Origin: an uncultured Candidatus Saccharibacteria bacterium
Lineage (GTDB): Bacteria > Patescibacteriota > Saccharimonadia > Saccharimonadales > 2-12-FULL-41-12
NCBI GenBank assembly: GCA_964573095.1
Contig: CAZNIK010000002.1
Coordinates: 199,230 to 263,229 of the forward strand
DNA: 64,000 nucleotides
Direction of reading: 5' to 3'
In this document: positions 43,860 to 52,867 of the stretch, piece after piece
How the letters are laid out: every line of letters begins with the position of its first letter
Numbering within the stretch: the first letter of the stretch is position 1
Program-made: the position numbers and the translations under genes
The notes under the pieces: model-generated
Told to the model about the DNA's origin: nothing
Databases searched by the model: none
What the model saw: only the letters and a program-made list of their open reading frames with translations

Positions 43860-43940
43860 ATGACCGATATTGGTTATGAGTTTACTGCAACCAACGATGC
43901 GAGCATTCTCAAGATTGACTCCATTCTTCGCCAGCTCTAA
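43860..43940 (+). CDS. 26-codon small ORF (MTDIGYEFTATNDASILKIDSILRQL) with strong translation signals
   Basis: AAGGAG at 43847-43852 lies 7 nt before the ATG. A consensus promoter sits about 50 nt upstream and an 11-bp-stem terminator 20 nt downstream. Confidence 0.5.
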   Translation: MTDIGYEFTATNDASILKIDSILRQL

Positions 43941-43959
43941 AAATAATAGAGCCAGCGTA

Positions 43960-43998
43960 AAGAAGTGCCCCACACGCGTAAGCCAAAGGGCACTTCTT
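43960..43998. terminator. hairpin terminator shared by the small ORF and the convergent MFS gene
   Basis: AAGAAGTGCCC (43960-43970) pairs with GGGCACTTCTT (43988-43998), followed by TTTTA. Confidence 0.65.
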
Positions 43999-45429
43999 TT
44001 ATCCGACAGGGTGAATTTCTTTGTCGGACACTATTTTGTTGGTCACAAAAACCAACGCAAACACCGATGCGGTAATTGCAAAGCCAATGCCGATCTTGAA
44101 CGCATCATGGTATCCAGCGACCTCGGCGGCAATAACGTTACCATTGGTTGTCGCGAGCGTATCTTTGAAGGTGGCGGCATAGATGCCCGAAAGAATTGCC
44201 AGCCCAAGCGAACCGCCAATTTGTTGGGACGTGTTTAGTATGCCAGAGGCAAGACCAGATTCGTTGTGCGGTACGCCGGACGTCGCGGCGATAGTAACTG
44301 ACACAAAGGACAAGCCAAGTCCAAGCGCCATAACCATGAGGCCAGGGAACACATCGCCGAAGTAAGTTCCGTCAACGGGCAGCCGGGAAAAGATTGCGAG
44401 GCCACCCGCGATAAACAGTGGGCCAAAAACCATGGGTGGCTTAAAGCCAATTTTGGTTACCATGTTCGACACAATTGCAGACGTTATTCCGATGACAATG
44501 GTGACGGGAAAGAACGCCAACCCGGTTTGTATCGGGGTAAGACCCAAAACCGATTGCACATAGAGTGATAGAAAAAAGAACATCGAGAACATGGCTGCGG
44601 TAATTGGTAGCTGCGTTAAGTTTCCGCCTCGCAGATTATGATTTTTGAAGATATCGAGCGGCATCAACGGTTGCTTTGATCTGGCCTCGTTAAGAATAAA
44701 AAGTGCCAACAACACAATGCTGCCGCCAATAAACTCAATACTATGCGTGCTTGTCCAGCCAAAAGCGGGCGCTTTTACAAGTCCATAGACCAACAACATG
44801 AGTCCGGAAGTCGCGAGTACGGCACCTGGCAAGTCGAGATGCATATGCTTAAGATCGGCTTTGCTTTCTGGAACAATCTTTGGCACAAAATAAAGCAGCG
44901 CCAGACCAACGGGGACGTTAATAAAGAAATTCCATCGCCAATCTAACCATTCGGTAAGAACCCCGCCAATAAGAAGCCCCGTGGCTGCACCCCCGGCTGC
45001 AACTCCACCCCACACACCTAGTGCTCGATTTCTTTCTCGCCCTTCTTTGAAGATGCTTACAATAATTGATAATGCCGCCGGCGACATAAATGCTGCACTT
45101 AGGCCTTGAATGGCTCGAAAGGCTATTAGCATTCCTTCGGACTGACTGAGTCCAGTGAGCAGCGAAGCCGCAGTGAAGGCAGCAATACCAGCCACAAAAA
45201 CTCGTCTACGGCCAAACAAGTCCGCAGCCCGTCCACCAAGTAGCAAAAATCCGCCGAAGGTGAGAGTATAGCCCGTCACTATCCACTGTAAATTCTCCGG
45301 TGAAAACTGAAGCGCTTTGCTTATCGATGGTAGCGCAACGTTTACCACAGTCGTGTCGAGCACGACCATAAACTGGGCAATTGCCAGAAGTACCAGTATT
45401 TGGCCCTTGTGAAGCTTATTTTTTATCAT
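43999..45429 (-). CDS. MFS transporter, DHA2 (EmrB/QacA, 14-TMS) family
   Basis: 476 aa with about 14 TM segments. Contains LDTTVVNVALPSI and GGRAADLFGRRRVF. Confidence 0.85.
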   Translation of the reverse strand: MIKNKLHKGQILVLLAIAQFMVVLDTTVVNVALPSISKALQFSPENLQWIVTGYTLTFGGFLLLGGRAADLFGRRRVFVAGIAAFTAASLLTGLSQSEGMLIAFRAIQGLSAAFMSPAALSIIVSIFKEGRERNRALGVWGGVAAGGAATGLLIGGVLTEWLDWRWNFFINVPVGLALLYFVPKIVPESKADLKHMHLDLPGAVLATSGLMLLVYGLVKAPAFGWTSTHSIEFIGGSIVLLALFILNEARSKQPLMPLDIFKNHNLRGGNLTQLPITAAMFSMFFFLSLYVQSVLGLTPIQTGLAFFPVTIVIGITSAIVSNMVTKIGFKPPMVFGPLFIAGGLAIFSRLPVDGTYFGDVFPGLMVMALGLGLSFVSVTIAATSGVPHNESGLASGILNTSQQIGGSLGLAILSGIYAATFKDTLATTNGNVIAAEVAGYHDAFKIGIGFAITASVFALVFVTNKIVSDKEIHPVG

Positions 45430-45470
45430 GATTTTTCCCCTCTGAAATAATTATCATCTAGCGTACAGGT

Positions 45471-45509
45471 AAATACTTGAGATTGTCAAGTATTTAGTAT
45501 ATCAAGTAT
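45471..45509. promoter_or_regulatory. MarR operator candidate: perfect 10-bp inverted repeat AAATACTTGA-N5-TCAAGTATTT plus a third half-site
   Basis: Repeat arms at 45471-45480 and 45486-45495, plus TCAAGTAT again at 45502-45509. It sits in the divergent MFS/MarR intergenic region. Confidence 0.6.
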
Positions 45510-45544
45510 AATGGAGTGTAGAAGCGAAAGGACGGCACACATTA

Positions 45545-45952
45545 ATGAGCTCGCATGATCTATACCACAATATGATACTGCTTACGGTTCGTTCGAAGCG
45601 TCAACTTTCGCAGTGCTGCGAGAAAATGGAACTTACTCCCGTGCAAGGGTTGGTATTGCTGATCTTGGAACCACACCAAACTAAGTCGATGAACGAGCTT
45701 TCTGACACCCTTGGTTGTGATGCTTCCAACACGACTGGTCTTGTGGATAGGTTGGAAGCACAGAAACTGGTTGATCGAACCGCTTTTGATAAAGACCGCC
45801 GAATTAAACAAATTCAACTTAGCAAAAAAGGCCAGAAAAATCGCCAAGAGCTGCTGGGTTTACTTAAGGAATCCGAGTTGCTTGATATGAGCAAGTTGTC
45901 TGCTGATGAAAGGAACGACTTAGATAGACTTATTCGTAAGTTACTGTCTTAG
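45545..45952 (+). CDS. MarR-family transcriptional regulator
   Basis: Contains LTPVQGLVLLIL...MNELSDTLGCDASNTTGLVDRLEAQKLVDRTAFDKDRRIKQIQLSKKG. Confidence 0.85.
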   Translation: MSSHDLYHNMILLTVRSKRQLSQCCEKMELTPVQGLVLLILEPHQTKSMNELSDTLGCDASNTTGLVDRLEAQKLVDRTAFDKDRRIKQIQLSKKGQKNRQELLGLLKESELLDMSKLSADERNDLDRLIRKLLS

Positions 45953-46413
45953 GTTTGATCGCCTTCCCATAAAAACGGCAATTGGTCGGTGTCAAAAAGT
46001 GCAACACTCCCAACTTGTTTTACGGCAAGTGTTGTTGGCTCGTCGGAACTTGGTTCTTTGATGTACAGCTCGTTTTGGGTAAAAGACGGTGCACGAGTGT
46101 CTTCGTTCTTTAAACCCACCAAAACCCCATGGACTGGCTTCTCGTTTTCTCGTTCGCAGGTCACGATTTTTCCAATGCAATCGATTGATTGGAATACAAT
46201 GTTCTTCGCGGCGTTTAGAGAAAATTGCAGTTCCAAATAGGTCTCTCTAGCTTGTCTAATTCTGTTGAGTTTGGCTTCTTTTTTTTCTTTGAACTGATCC
46301 CAGTAGTCTTGGGTTATTACGAAAGGTTGGTTTTTAACGAGTCTTAAATGGGGTTCTGATTCGATTTGCTGGATAGGCGTAGTGTCTTTTGGTGCTTGTT
46401 TTACTATTTCCAC
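45949..46413 (-). CDS. hypothetical protein (154 aa)
   Basis: ORF only. Confidence 0.45.
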   Translation of the reverse strand: MEIVKQAPKDTTPIQQIESEPHLRLVKNQPFVITQDYWDQFKEKKEAKLNRIRQARETYLELQFSLNAAKNIVFQSIDCIGKIVTCERENEKPVHGVLVGLKNEDTRAPSFTQNELYIKEPSSDEPTTLAVKQVGSVALFDTDQLPFLWEGDQT

Positions 46414-46474
46414 AAAATACCCCTTGGAGTTTTATGCACTTCAAAGACAATAGTATCAGATTCTTCGGAAGATG

Positions 46475-46551
46475 TGGTAGCAGGGGCGAGATTTGAACTC
46501 GCGACCTCAGGCTTATGAGTCCTGCGCTCTAACCAACTGAGCTACCCTGCC
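46475..46551 (-). tRNA. tRNA-Met (CAU), elongator-like
   Basis: Sequence GGCAGGGTAGCTCAGTTGGTTAGAGCGCAGGACTCATAAGCCTGAGGTCGCGAGTTCAAATCTCGCCCCTGCTACCA. The D-arm is identical to E. coli metT as I remember it. There is an A31-G39 mismatch and a G1-U72 wobble. Confidence 0.8.
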
Positions 46552-46611
46552 GCAAAATCGAACGCACAATACCTGCTGAATATAGCACAATTCGTATCTG
46601 TTATCTAGCGA

Positions 46612-47370
46612 CTAATATGCCCAATAGGCGAGATAAATCGCAGCCAGAACGCCAATGACGGTTATGAAAACTCGAATAGCGTGCGTCGTAAACCTTTGCG
46701 ATATGTGTGCACCGTAATAACCGCCAATAACGTTTCCGAGAGCCATAAAAATACCCAAATGCCAATTTATTAAGCCACTACCCAGCAGCGCAACGGTTGA
46801 CGCAGAAGCAACACTAAGACCCGCCAAGCCCTTTATGGCGTTCATTCTGTGGATGTCATGAAGTCGGCTAAAGCTTAGGAAGGCGAGCATAATAAACCCA
46901 AACCCCGCCCCAAAATATCCTCCGTAGATCGCTGCTGGGAGCAGAGCGAGCGAAAGAAGCGCAATGCTGCGGAGCTGCTTTCTTCGACCCTTGAGATGGT
47001 AATGAATGTGTTTTTGAATAAACGGCTGAAACGCGAAAAGCAACACCGCGAACAATATCAGCAGCGGCACCGCTTCTTTAAATTTGTCTACCGGTGTATA
47101 TCGCAGCAGGGTTGATCCAATAAAACCGCCAACAAAACACGTTGCCAGTACGAGCAAATAACGCGGAGAGATCCTTTTTAAGTATTTTTTGTAGGCGATG
47201 GTCGACGCAATTTGACCGGGAATAACTGTAATATGGCTGGTGGCATTCGCCACAATGGGCGGAACACCCGCAGCGACGAGTACCGGAAATCCAATCAGCA
47301 GCCCACCGCCGGCGATTGCGTTCATCGCGCCGACAATAATACCGGTAAAAAATACGAGTAGCTCAGTCAT
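46612..47370 (-). CDS. TauE/SafE family anion exporter
   Basis: 252 aa with 7-8 TM segments. Contains repeated G-rich helices (GGGLLIGFPVL, GGYFGAGFGF). Confidence 0.7.
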   Translation of the reverse strand: MTELLVFFTGIIVGAMNAIAGGGLLIGFPVLVAAGVPPIVANATSHITVIPGQIASTIAYKKYLKRISPRYLLVLATCFVGGFIGSTLLRYTPVDKFKEAVPLLILFAVLLFAFQPFIQKHIHYHLKGRRKQLRSIALLSLALLPAAIYGGYFGAGFGFIMLAFLSFSRLHDIHRMNAIKGLAGLSVASASTVALLGSGLINWHLGIFMALGNVIGGYYGAHISQRFTTHAIRVFITVIGVLAAIYLAYWAY

Positions 47371-47422
47371 GTTTGTTTTTCTTTTTAGCTATTTCTAGGC
47401 TAACACTTCTCGAGGGGATTGC

Positions 47423-47839
47423 CTAGCGACTGAACAGTTCTGGTTTTTCTGCCTTCAAGTTTTTCCAGCACGGTTCGAATAGCGGAGTGGGCAAGGTTTG
47501 AAAATTATGCCACTGTTGATCAATCCATTTATCTGGTTCCTTAATAACGGGAGTTTTTGCTTTCCAGTCTGACTCGACCCAGACAGTTGCATAGTGTTTA
47601 TCGTCTTTCGAAAAAAAGTCATTTGTGACTGCCAGCAGTCGCACATTCGATATTAGCATTCCAGTTTCCTCAAAGACCTCTCTTTTTGCGCATTCTTCGA
47701 ACGACTCACCAAACTCAAGATGACCGCCTGGGATAGACCACGTGTCGTGTCCATGCGAACCACGACGTTTACCCATCAAAAATCTATCATCTTTCCAGAC
47801 GAAAATGCCTACACCAACCCGCGTATTCTTTTGGCTCAA
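47423..47839 (-). CDS. NUDIX hydrolase
   Basis: Nudix box GGHLEFGESFEECAKREVFEETG. Confidence 0.85.
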   Translation of the reverse strand: MSQKNTRVGVGIFVWKDDRFLMGKRRGSHGHDTWSIPGGHLEFGESFEECAKREVFEETGMLISNVRLLAVTNDFFSKDDKHYATVWVESDWKAKTPVIKEPDKWIDQQWHNFQTLPTPLFEPCWKNLKAEKPELFSR

Positions 47840-48378
47840 ATGAACCTCTCTAACTTCGCGTTTTCGAAGCGCTTATGTCGATACGTTAAGGGCTTTTTGT
47901 GAACCGCTCTCCATAGCGCCCGGCCAAATGCGCCGTGTGAAACAACCAAGATGCTGTCGTGATCAAGCGAGTGAAGGTATTGCAGAAACTGATCGGCGCG
48001 GACTTGCAATTGCTCTAAGGTTTCAATGTTTTCAATGTGATCAATTGACGATTCGTCCAAATAATATTTTACGCCTTCTCGAAGAGCCCGTTTTCCTTCC
48101 AGCGCACCATAGTGTCGCTCGATTACGGCATCGGAAAGAATAATTTCTTCGGTTGGGTAGCCAACAGAATGCGCAACATGCTTCGCGGTGTCGTGCGCTC
48201 TTTGAAGCGGGGAGCTGATCACGACATCGAAAGCCAAGCCCTGTTCGCTGGCGTTTCGACCTGCAGCCTTTGCTTGATTATGTCCCTCGGGTGCAAGTGG
48301 CGTATCGCTGGTTCCAGACCATTTATGCAATTTGTTGAACTCACTAAGTCCATGTCGAATAAAATATAGCCGTTTCAT
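47836..48378 (-). CDS. histidine phosphatase (phosphoglycerate mutase) family protein
   Basis: Contains LYFIRHGLSEFN (RHG motif) and VVSHGAF. Confidence 0.8.
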   Translation of the reverse strand: MKRLYFIRHGLSEFNKLHKWSGTSDTPLAPEGHNQAKAAGRNASEQGLAFDVVISSPLQRAHDTAKHVAHSVGYPTEEIILSDAVIERHYGALEGKRALREGVKYYLDESSIDHIENIETLEQLQVRADQFLQYLHSLDHDSILVVSHGAFGRALWRAVHKKPLTYRHKRFENAKLERFI

Positions 48379-48393
48379 TGCTACTATTATAAG

Positions 48394-49272
48394 ATGGATC
48401 GTTTACTTGAACCAGGTACGTATGTCGTGGCGGTGTCGGGCGGCATCGACTCAGTGACATTACTTAACATGTTAAGTAATGATTCTCATATTGACTGTAT
48501 TGTTGCCCATTTTGATCATGGAATAAGAAAAAATTCCTCACGTGATGCGCAATTTGTCCAAAAGCTGGCCGAAACATACGGCTATACGTTTGTGCTTGGA
48601 AAAGGAGACTTGGGGAGCAATGCTAGTGAAGCAACAGCTCGAGAAAAACGATACACATTTTTGAAAAAAGTAGTTGCTGCGCACGGCGGGAGGGCCATTG
48701 TAACTGCTCATCACCAAGATGACGTTATTGAAACAGCGCTGATAAATCTGCTGCGCGGTACAAAAAGAAAGGGCTTAACCTCGCTTGGGTCAGCCGAAGA
48801 TATTATTCGTCCATTGCTTCATATGACGAAACACCAAATTGCCACCTATGCGCGAGCTCACAACCTTGAATGGCGCGAAGATGAGTCCAACAACGACGAA
48901 AAATATCTGAGAAATAAGATTAGAAATATTTTGAAAACCCAAAACCACGCACAAAAGCAAAAATTAGTAACGATAATTAATCAGACACACGAAACGAACA
49001 AAGAAATCGACGAGCTATTAGAAGCTGTTTTTGACAGTGCAAACGATGTTATTGATCGCAAAATTTTTGTGATGCTTTCGTATGATGTCGCGTGCGAAGT
49101 TTTAACGGATTGGCTGAGAGCCCACCACGCCAACTTTAATTCGACAAGAATTAGCCAACTGGTTCAAAAAGCTAAAACATCCAAGCCGGGAACCCATTTT
49201 GACGTGGACAAACAATGGGTGGTTTCTATTCAGAAAGACTGGATTCGCATGCAACCCCGCCAATCTGTATAA
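48394..49272 (+). CDS. tilS: tRNA(Ile)-lysidine synthase
   Basis: PP-loop VAVSGGIDS, plus AHFDHGIR and TAHHQDD. Confidence 0.85.
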   Translation: MDRLLEPGTYVVAVSGGIDSVTLLNMLSNDSHIDCIVAHFDHGIRKNSSRDAQFVQKLAETYGYTFVLGKGDLGSNASEATAREKRYTFLKKVVAAHGGRAIVTAHHQDDVIETALINLLRGTKRKGLTSLGSAEDIIRPLLHMTKHQIATYARAHNLEWREDESNNDEKYLRNKIRNILKTQNHAQKQKLVTIINQTHETNKEIDELLEAVFDSANDVIDRKIFVMLSYDVACEVLTDWLRAHHANFNSTRISQLVQKAKTSKPGTHFDVDKQWVVSIQKDWIRMQPRQSV

Positions 49273-49283
49273 TACGTGTACGT

Positions 49284-51158
49284 ATGGATAAGAAATCGTT
49301 TAAACCCAAGCAAAAAAAGGGTGGTGAAAAGAGGCGACAAAGCTTTAAGAATTTTGGTTTTGTAGCACTGTTAGTTTTGATTGGATTGATCGCCTATTCG
49401 GCCCTTAATCAGCCAACCAAACTCAAGGAAGTTCCCTTTTCCGATGTGGTTACTCGTGCGAACAACGGTGAGGTAAAAAAGATTGAACTTTCTGGAAGCA
49501 GCCTGTCGATTACCAAAAAGGGAGAAGATAAGCCGAGCGAGAAATCAAGAAAAGAAGAAGGCTCAAGTATCTATGAACAGGGCCTAAAAACCAATGCTCC
49601 AGTTGAGGTAGTAAACAAACCAGCATCCACGTCGGGGCAGTTTTGGTCGAGTGTTCTCATTGGACTACTGCCTGTTATCGTGATCGCGTTTTTGCTTTTT
49701 TACATGTTAAGAAGCGCCCAAGGTCAAGGCAATCAAGCAATGAGTTTTGGGAAGAGCCGAGCACGACTGTACGGTAACGAAAAAGACAAGATAACGTTTA
49801 AGGATATTGCGGGTAGTCATGAAGCAAAGCAAGATCTGGAAGAAGTCGTTGAATTTCTTAAATACCCAAAAAAGTTTGAGAACGTAGGGGCGAAAATTCC
49901 AAAAGGTGTATTGTTGGTTGGTCCGCCAGGAACGGGTAAAACTATGTTGGCCCGGGCCGCTGCTGGCGAGGCGAACGCCCCATTTTTTAGTATTAGTGGT
50001 TCCGAATTTGTTGAAATGTTTGTTGGTGTCGGTGCCTCACGGGTGCGAGATTTATTTGCGAAGGCAAAGAAAAACGCGCCATGCATAATATTCGTTGACG
50101 AAATTGATGCAGTCGGCCGCCGCAGGGGAAGTGGTATGGGTGGTGGACACGATGAAAGGGAACAAACACTTAACCAAATTTTGGTTGAAATGGATGGATT
50201 CGAACAAGGTCAAAATGTGATTGTTTTGGCGGCTACAAACCGCGCGGATGTACTGGATCCCGCCCTGCTTCGACCCGGAAGGTTCGATAGGCGGGTTCAC
50301 ATTGGTTTGCCAGATCGCAAAGACCGAGAAGCAATCCTAAAAGTTCATTTTGCGAAGAAACCGCTTGCCAAGAGCGTCGACCTTAACATGCTTGCGGGTA
50401 AAACTGCAGGAAGTTCTGGAGCCGATCTTGCAAACATTGCCAACGAAGCAGCGATACTGGCTGCCCGTCAAGATAAAAAAGAGATTACCAGCCCAATCGT
50501 GACGGAGGCCTTTGAAAAAGTGGCTATTGGACCAGAACGAAAAAGCAAGATTATGAGCGAAAAAGAGAAAGAATTGACGGCGTATCATGAAGCTGGCCAT
50601 GCGATTGTTGGCCATGTGCTGCCAGATAGCGATCTGGTGCACAAGGTTACGATTATTCCGAGAGGAGGAACGGGTGGAGTTACCTGGTTTATCCCTCCCG
50701 AGGATAAAAGCTACCATAGCATTTTAGAGTACAAAGACGTGCTTGCCAGAATGCTTGGCGGAAGGATCGCCGAAGAAATTATCTATGGCAAAGATAGAGT
50801 GACCACCGGTGCCGGTTCGGATTTGCAGAAAGCGGCAGAGCTGGCCAGAGAAATGGTGGTCAACCAAGGCATGGGTGATAGGCTTCGGGATCAAGTGTTT
50901 CATGTTGAAGAAGGCCTCATGCTCGAGCGAATGATGCACGAACGCCAATACTCTGACGAGACGGCGAAATTAATTGATGACGAAGTAGAGAACCTAATAA
51001 CCGAAGCAGCAAGACGCGCTCGAGAGGTTATCAAGGCCAATCTTAATAAACTCGAGGCTTTGAAAAAGGCCCTGCTTGATCAAGAAACCGTTGAGGCAGA
51101 GCAAGTACTCAAAATATTTGAGGGATCGCATATGCCAAAATCTGCAGCGCTCTACTAA
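49284..51158 (+). CDS. ftsH: ATP-dependent zinc metalloprotease FtsH
   Basis: Walker A GPPGTGKT, Walker [12 protein letters not shown], and HEAGHA zinc site. The start is at the internal ATG (MDKKSF). Confidence 0.95.
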   Translation: MDKKSFKPKQKKGGEKRRQSFKNFGFVALLVLIGLIAYSALNQPTKLKEVPFSDVVTRANNGEVKKIELSGSSLSITKKGEDKPSEKSRKEEGSSIYEQGLKTNAPVEVVNKPASTSGQFWSSVLIGLLPVIVIAFLLFYMLRSAQGQGNQAMSFGKSRARLYGNEKDKITFKDIAGSHEAKQDLEEVVEFLKYPKKFENVGAKIPKGVLLVGPPGTGKTMLARAAAGEANAPFFSISGSEFVEMFVGVGASRVRDLFAKAKKNAPCIIFVDEIDAVGRRRGSGMGGGHDEREQTLNQILVEMDGFEQGQNVIVLAATNRADVLDPALLRPGRFDRRVHIGLPDRKDREAILKVHFAKKPLAKSVDLNMLAGKTAGSSGADLANIANEAAILAARQDKKEITSPIVTEAFEKVAIGPERKSKIMSEKEKELTAYHEAGHAIVGHVLPDSDLVHKVTIIPRGGTGGVTWFIPPEDKSYHSILEYKDVLARMLGGRIAEEIIYGKDRVTTGAGSDLQKAAELAREMVVNQGMGDRLRDQVFHVEEGLMLERMMHERQYSDETAKLIDDEVENLITEAARRAREVIKANLNKLEALKKALLDQETVEAEQVLKIFEGSHMPKSAALY

Positions 51159-51281
51159 TTTTTAATCTGTGAAATCTCAAAGATTGAGCCTATACTAGTT
51201 GGTAGCGAATCCCGTTTGGCGTATATTCGGGCATTGAATGCGTATGAACATAACATTTACTACTAGTGAAGCTCTGATAAG

Positions 51282-52865
51282 ATGAACAAATTTCTCAAAA
51301 AAGCTAATACTCGCATTTCACTTGGTGGTGCTGCGGCTCTACTAATTGGTGCTGCTTTTTTGGCTCAATTCCTTGGCTTTTTGCGAATAAAGCTCGTGAA
51401 CGCAAACTTTTCTGCGCTTGGTCCAGACAGCACCGATGCGTATTTTGCAGCCTTTAAAATTCCCGATTTATTTTTCTTCTCTCTTGCCGCAGGCGCGCTT
51501 GGTGTCGCATTTATTCCGTTCCTGTCGGAACGTATTCAGAAGAACGACAGAAAGGGAGTATGGGAACTGAGCAACAGTATGCTCAACTTGATGTTGATCG
51601 TGATGAGTGTGGTGGGCGTCATCATTTTCGTATTTGCTGAGCCACTTATTCATTACATCGTTGCTCCAAACCTTACTCCCGAACAGTTGCATAATGCGAC
51701 AACCATAATGCGACTGGTCGCGTTTAACCCCCTTTTGTTTACTATTTCAGGTATTTTTACCAGCGTCCAACAGACTTTTGGTAGGTTTTTCTTTTACGCG
51801 TCTGCGCCGGTAATCTATAACGCGACAATTATTGGAAGCATTTTTGTTTTTAAGGATAGCTTGGGGCTTATTGGTCTTGGGGTTGGGGCACTGATTGGTG
51901 CGATTTTGCAGCTTGTAATTTCTTTGCTCGGATTTTTTGGTCTTCGGTATGTCTACAAGCCGGTAATTAAGTGGCGCAATAAAGATTTTGTGCAGATTTT
52001 ACGCAATTTGCCTCCGAGGGCGCTTGATCAAGGTGTTGACTCCGTGAACTCAATCGCCGAAACAAATTTTGCGCGACGTCTCGGCGAAGGTAACCTAAGC
52101 TATTACGAAAACGCATTTGCGTTGCAGTCCGCACCAACCCTACTGATTGGTACAAGTATCTCGACCGCAGCTTTTCCTCGACTGACAGATCGCTTAGCCC
52201 AAGGCAGAAGAGACTTGTTTCGAAAAGAATTTTTACAAATCTTAAGAGTGTTAATCTGGATTATTTTACCCGTTGTGGTGGTGAGTTATTTCACCCGCGC
52301 CTATCTTGCGCGTCTCATATTTACCCGAGACGCTCCAGAAATTGCACTCATCTTTGGCTTTTTTGTTGGTGCAATTTTTTTCCGTACAATTTACGCGTTT
52401 ATTTCTCGTTGGTTTTATGCCCAGAAGGACACCAGAACTCCACTTTTTGTGTCGATCTTTGCAATCTTGCTGAACATCTATCTTGCGTATACACTCTCTA
52501 AATCTCATGGCGTCGAAGGGCTTGCTCTTGCCCAATCGCTGGTAGCACTCGCTGAAGTCTTTATTCTTACGACGGTGATGGTCTATAGGGATAGAAAACT
52601 TCTTGATCTTGAGTTCTTTAATGGACTATTTAAAATTTTCTCCGTGACCGGCTTTACGATTATGAGTGCCTATTTTATGATCTCACTTTTCCCCTTGAGC
52701 GTTGGCGACAGAGGCTTTATTACACTTGGGACAAAGCTGCTGGCGATCGCATCGGTCGCTGCACTTGTTCATCTGGGAATGTCGTTCTTGTTTGGTCTAG
52801 AGGAAGCAAAACCACTCATTAAGAAAATTCGTAGAATCATTCTAATGCCAATAAGAATACAATAA
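51282..52865 (+). CDS. murJ: lipid II flippase MurJ
   Basis: 527 aa with about 14 TM segments. The N-terminus is LGFLRIKLVNANFSA...DAYFAAFKIPDLFF. Confidence 0.8.
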   Translation: MNKFLKKANTRISLGGAAALLIGAAFLAQFLGFLRIKLVNANFSALGPDSTDAYFAAFKIPDLFFFSLAAGALGVAFIPFLSERIQKNDRKGVWELSNSMLNLMLIVMSVVGVIIFVFAEPLIHYIVAPNLTPEQLHNATTIMRLVAFNPLLFTISGIFTSVQQTFGRFFFYASAPVIYNATIIGSIFVFKDSLGLIGLGVGALIGAILQLVISLLGFFGLRYVYKPVIKWRNKDFVQILRNLPPRALDQGVDSVNSIAETNFARRLGEGNLSYYENAFALQSAPTLLIGTSISTAAFPRLTDRLAQGRRDLFRKEFLQILRVLIWIILPVVVVSYFTRAYLARLIFTRDAPEIALIFGFFVGAIFFRTIYAFISRWFYAQKDTRTPLFVSIFAILLNIYLAYTLSKSHGVEGLALAQSLVALAEVFILTTVMVYRDRKLLDLEFFNGLFKIFSVTGFTIMSAYFMISLFPLSVGDRGFITLGTKLLAIASVAALVHLGMSFLFGLEEAKPLIKKIRRIILMPIRIQ

Positions 52866-52867
52866 CC

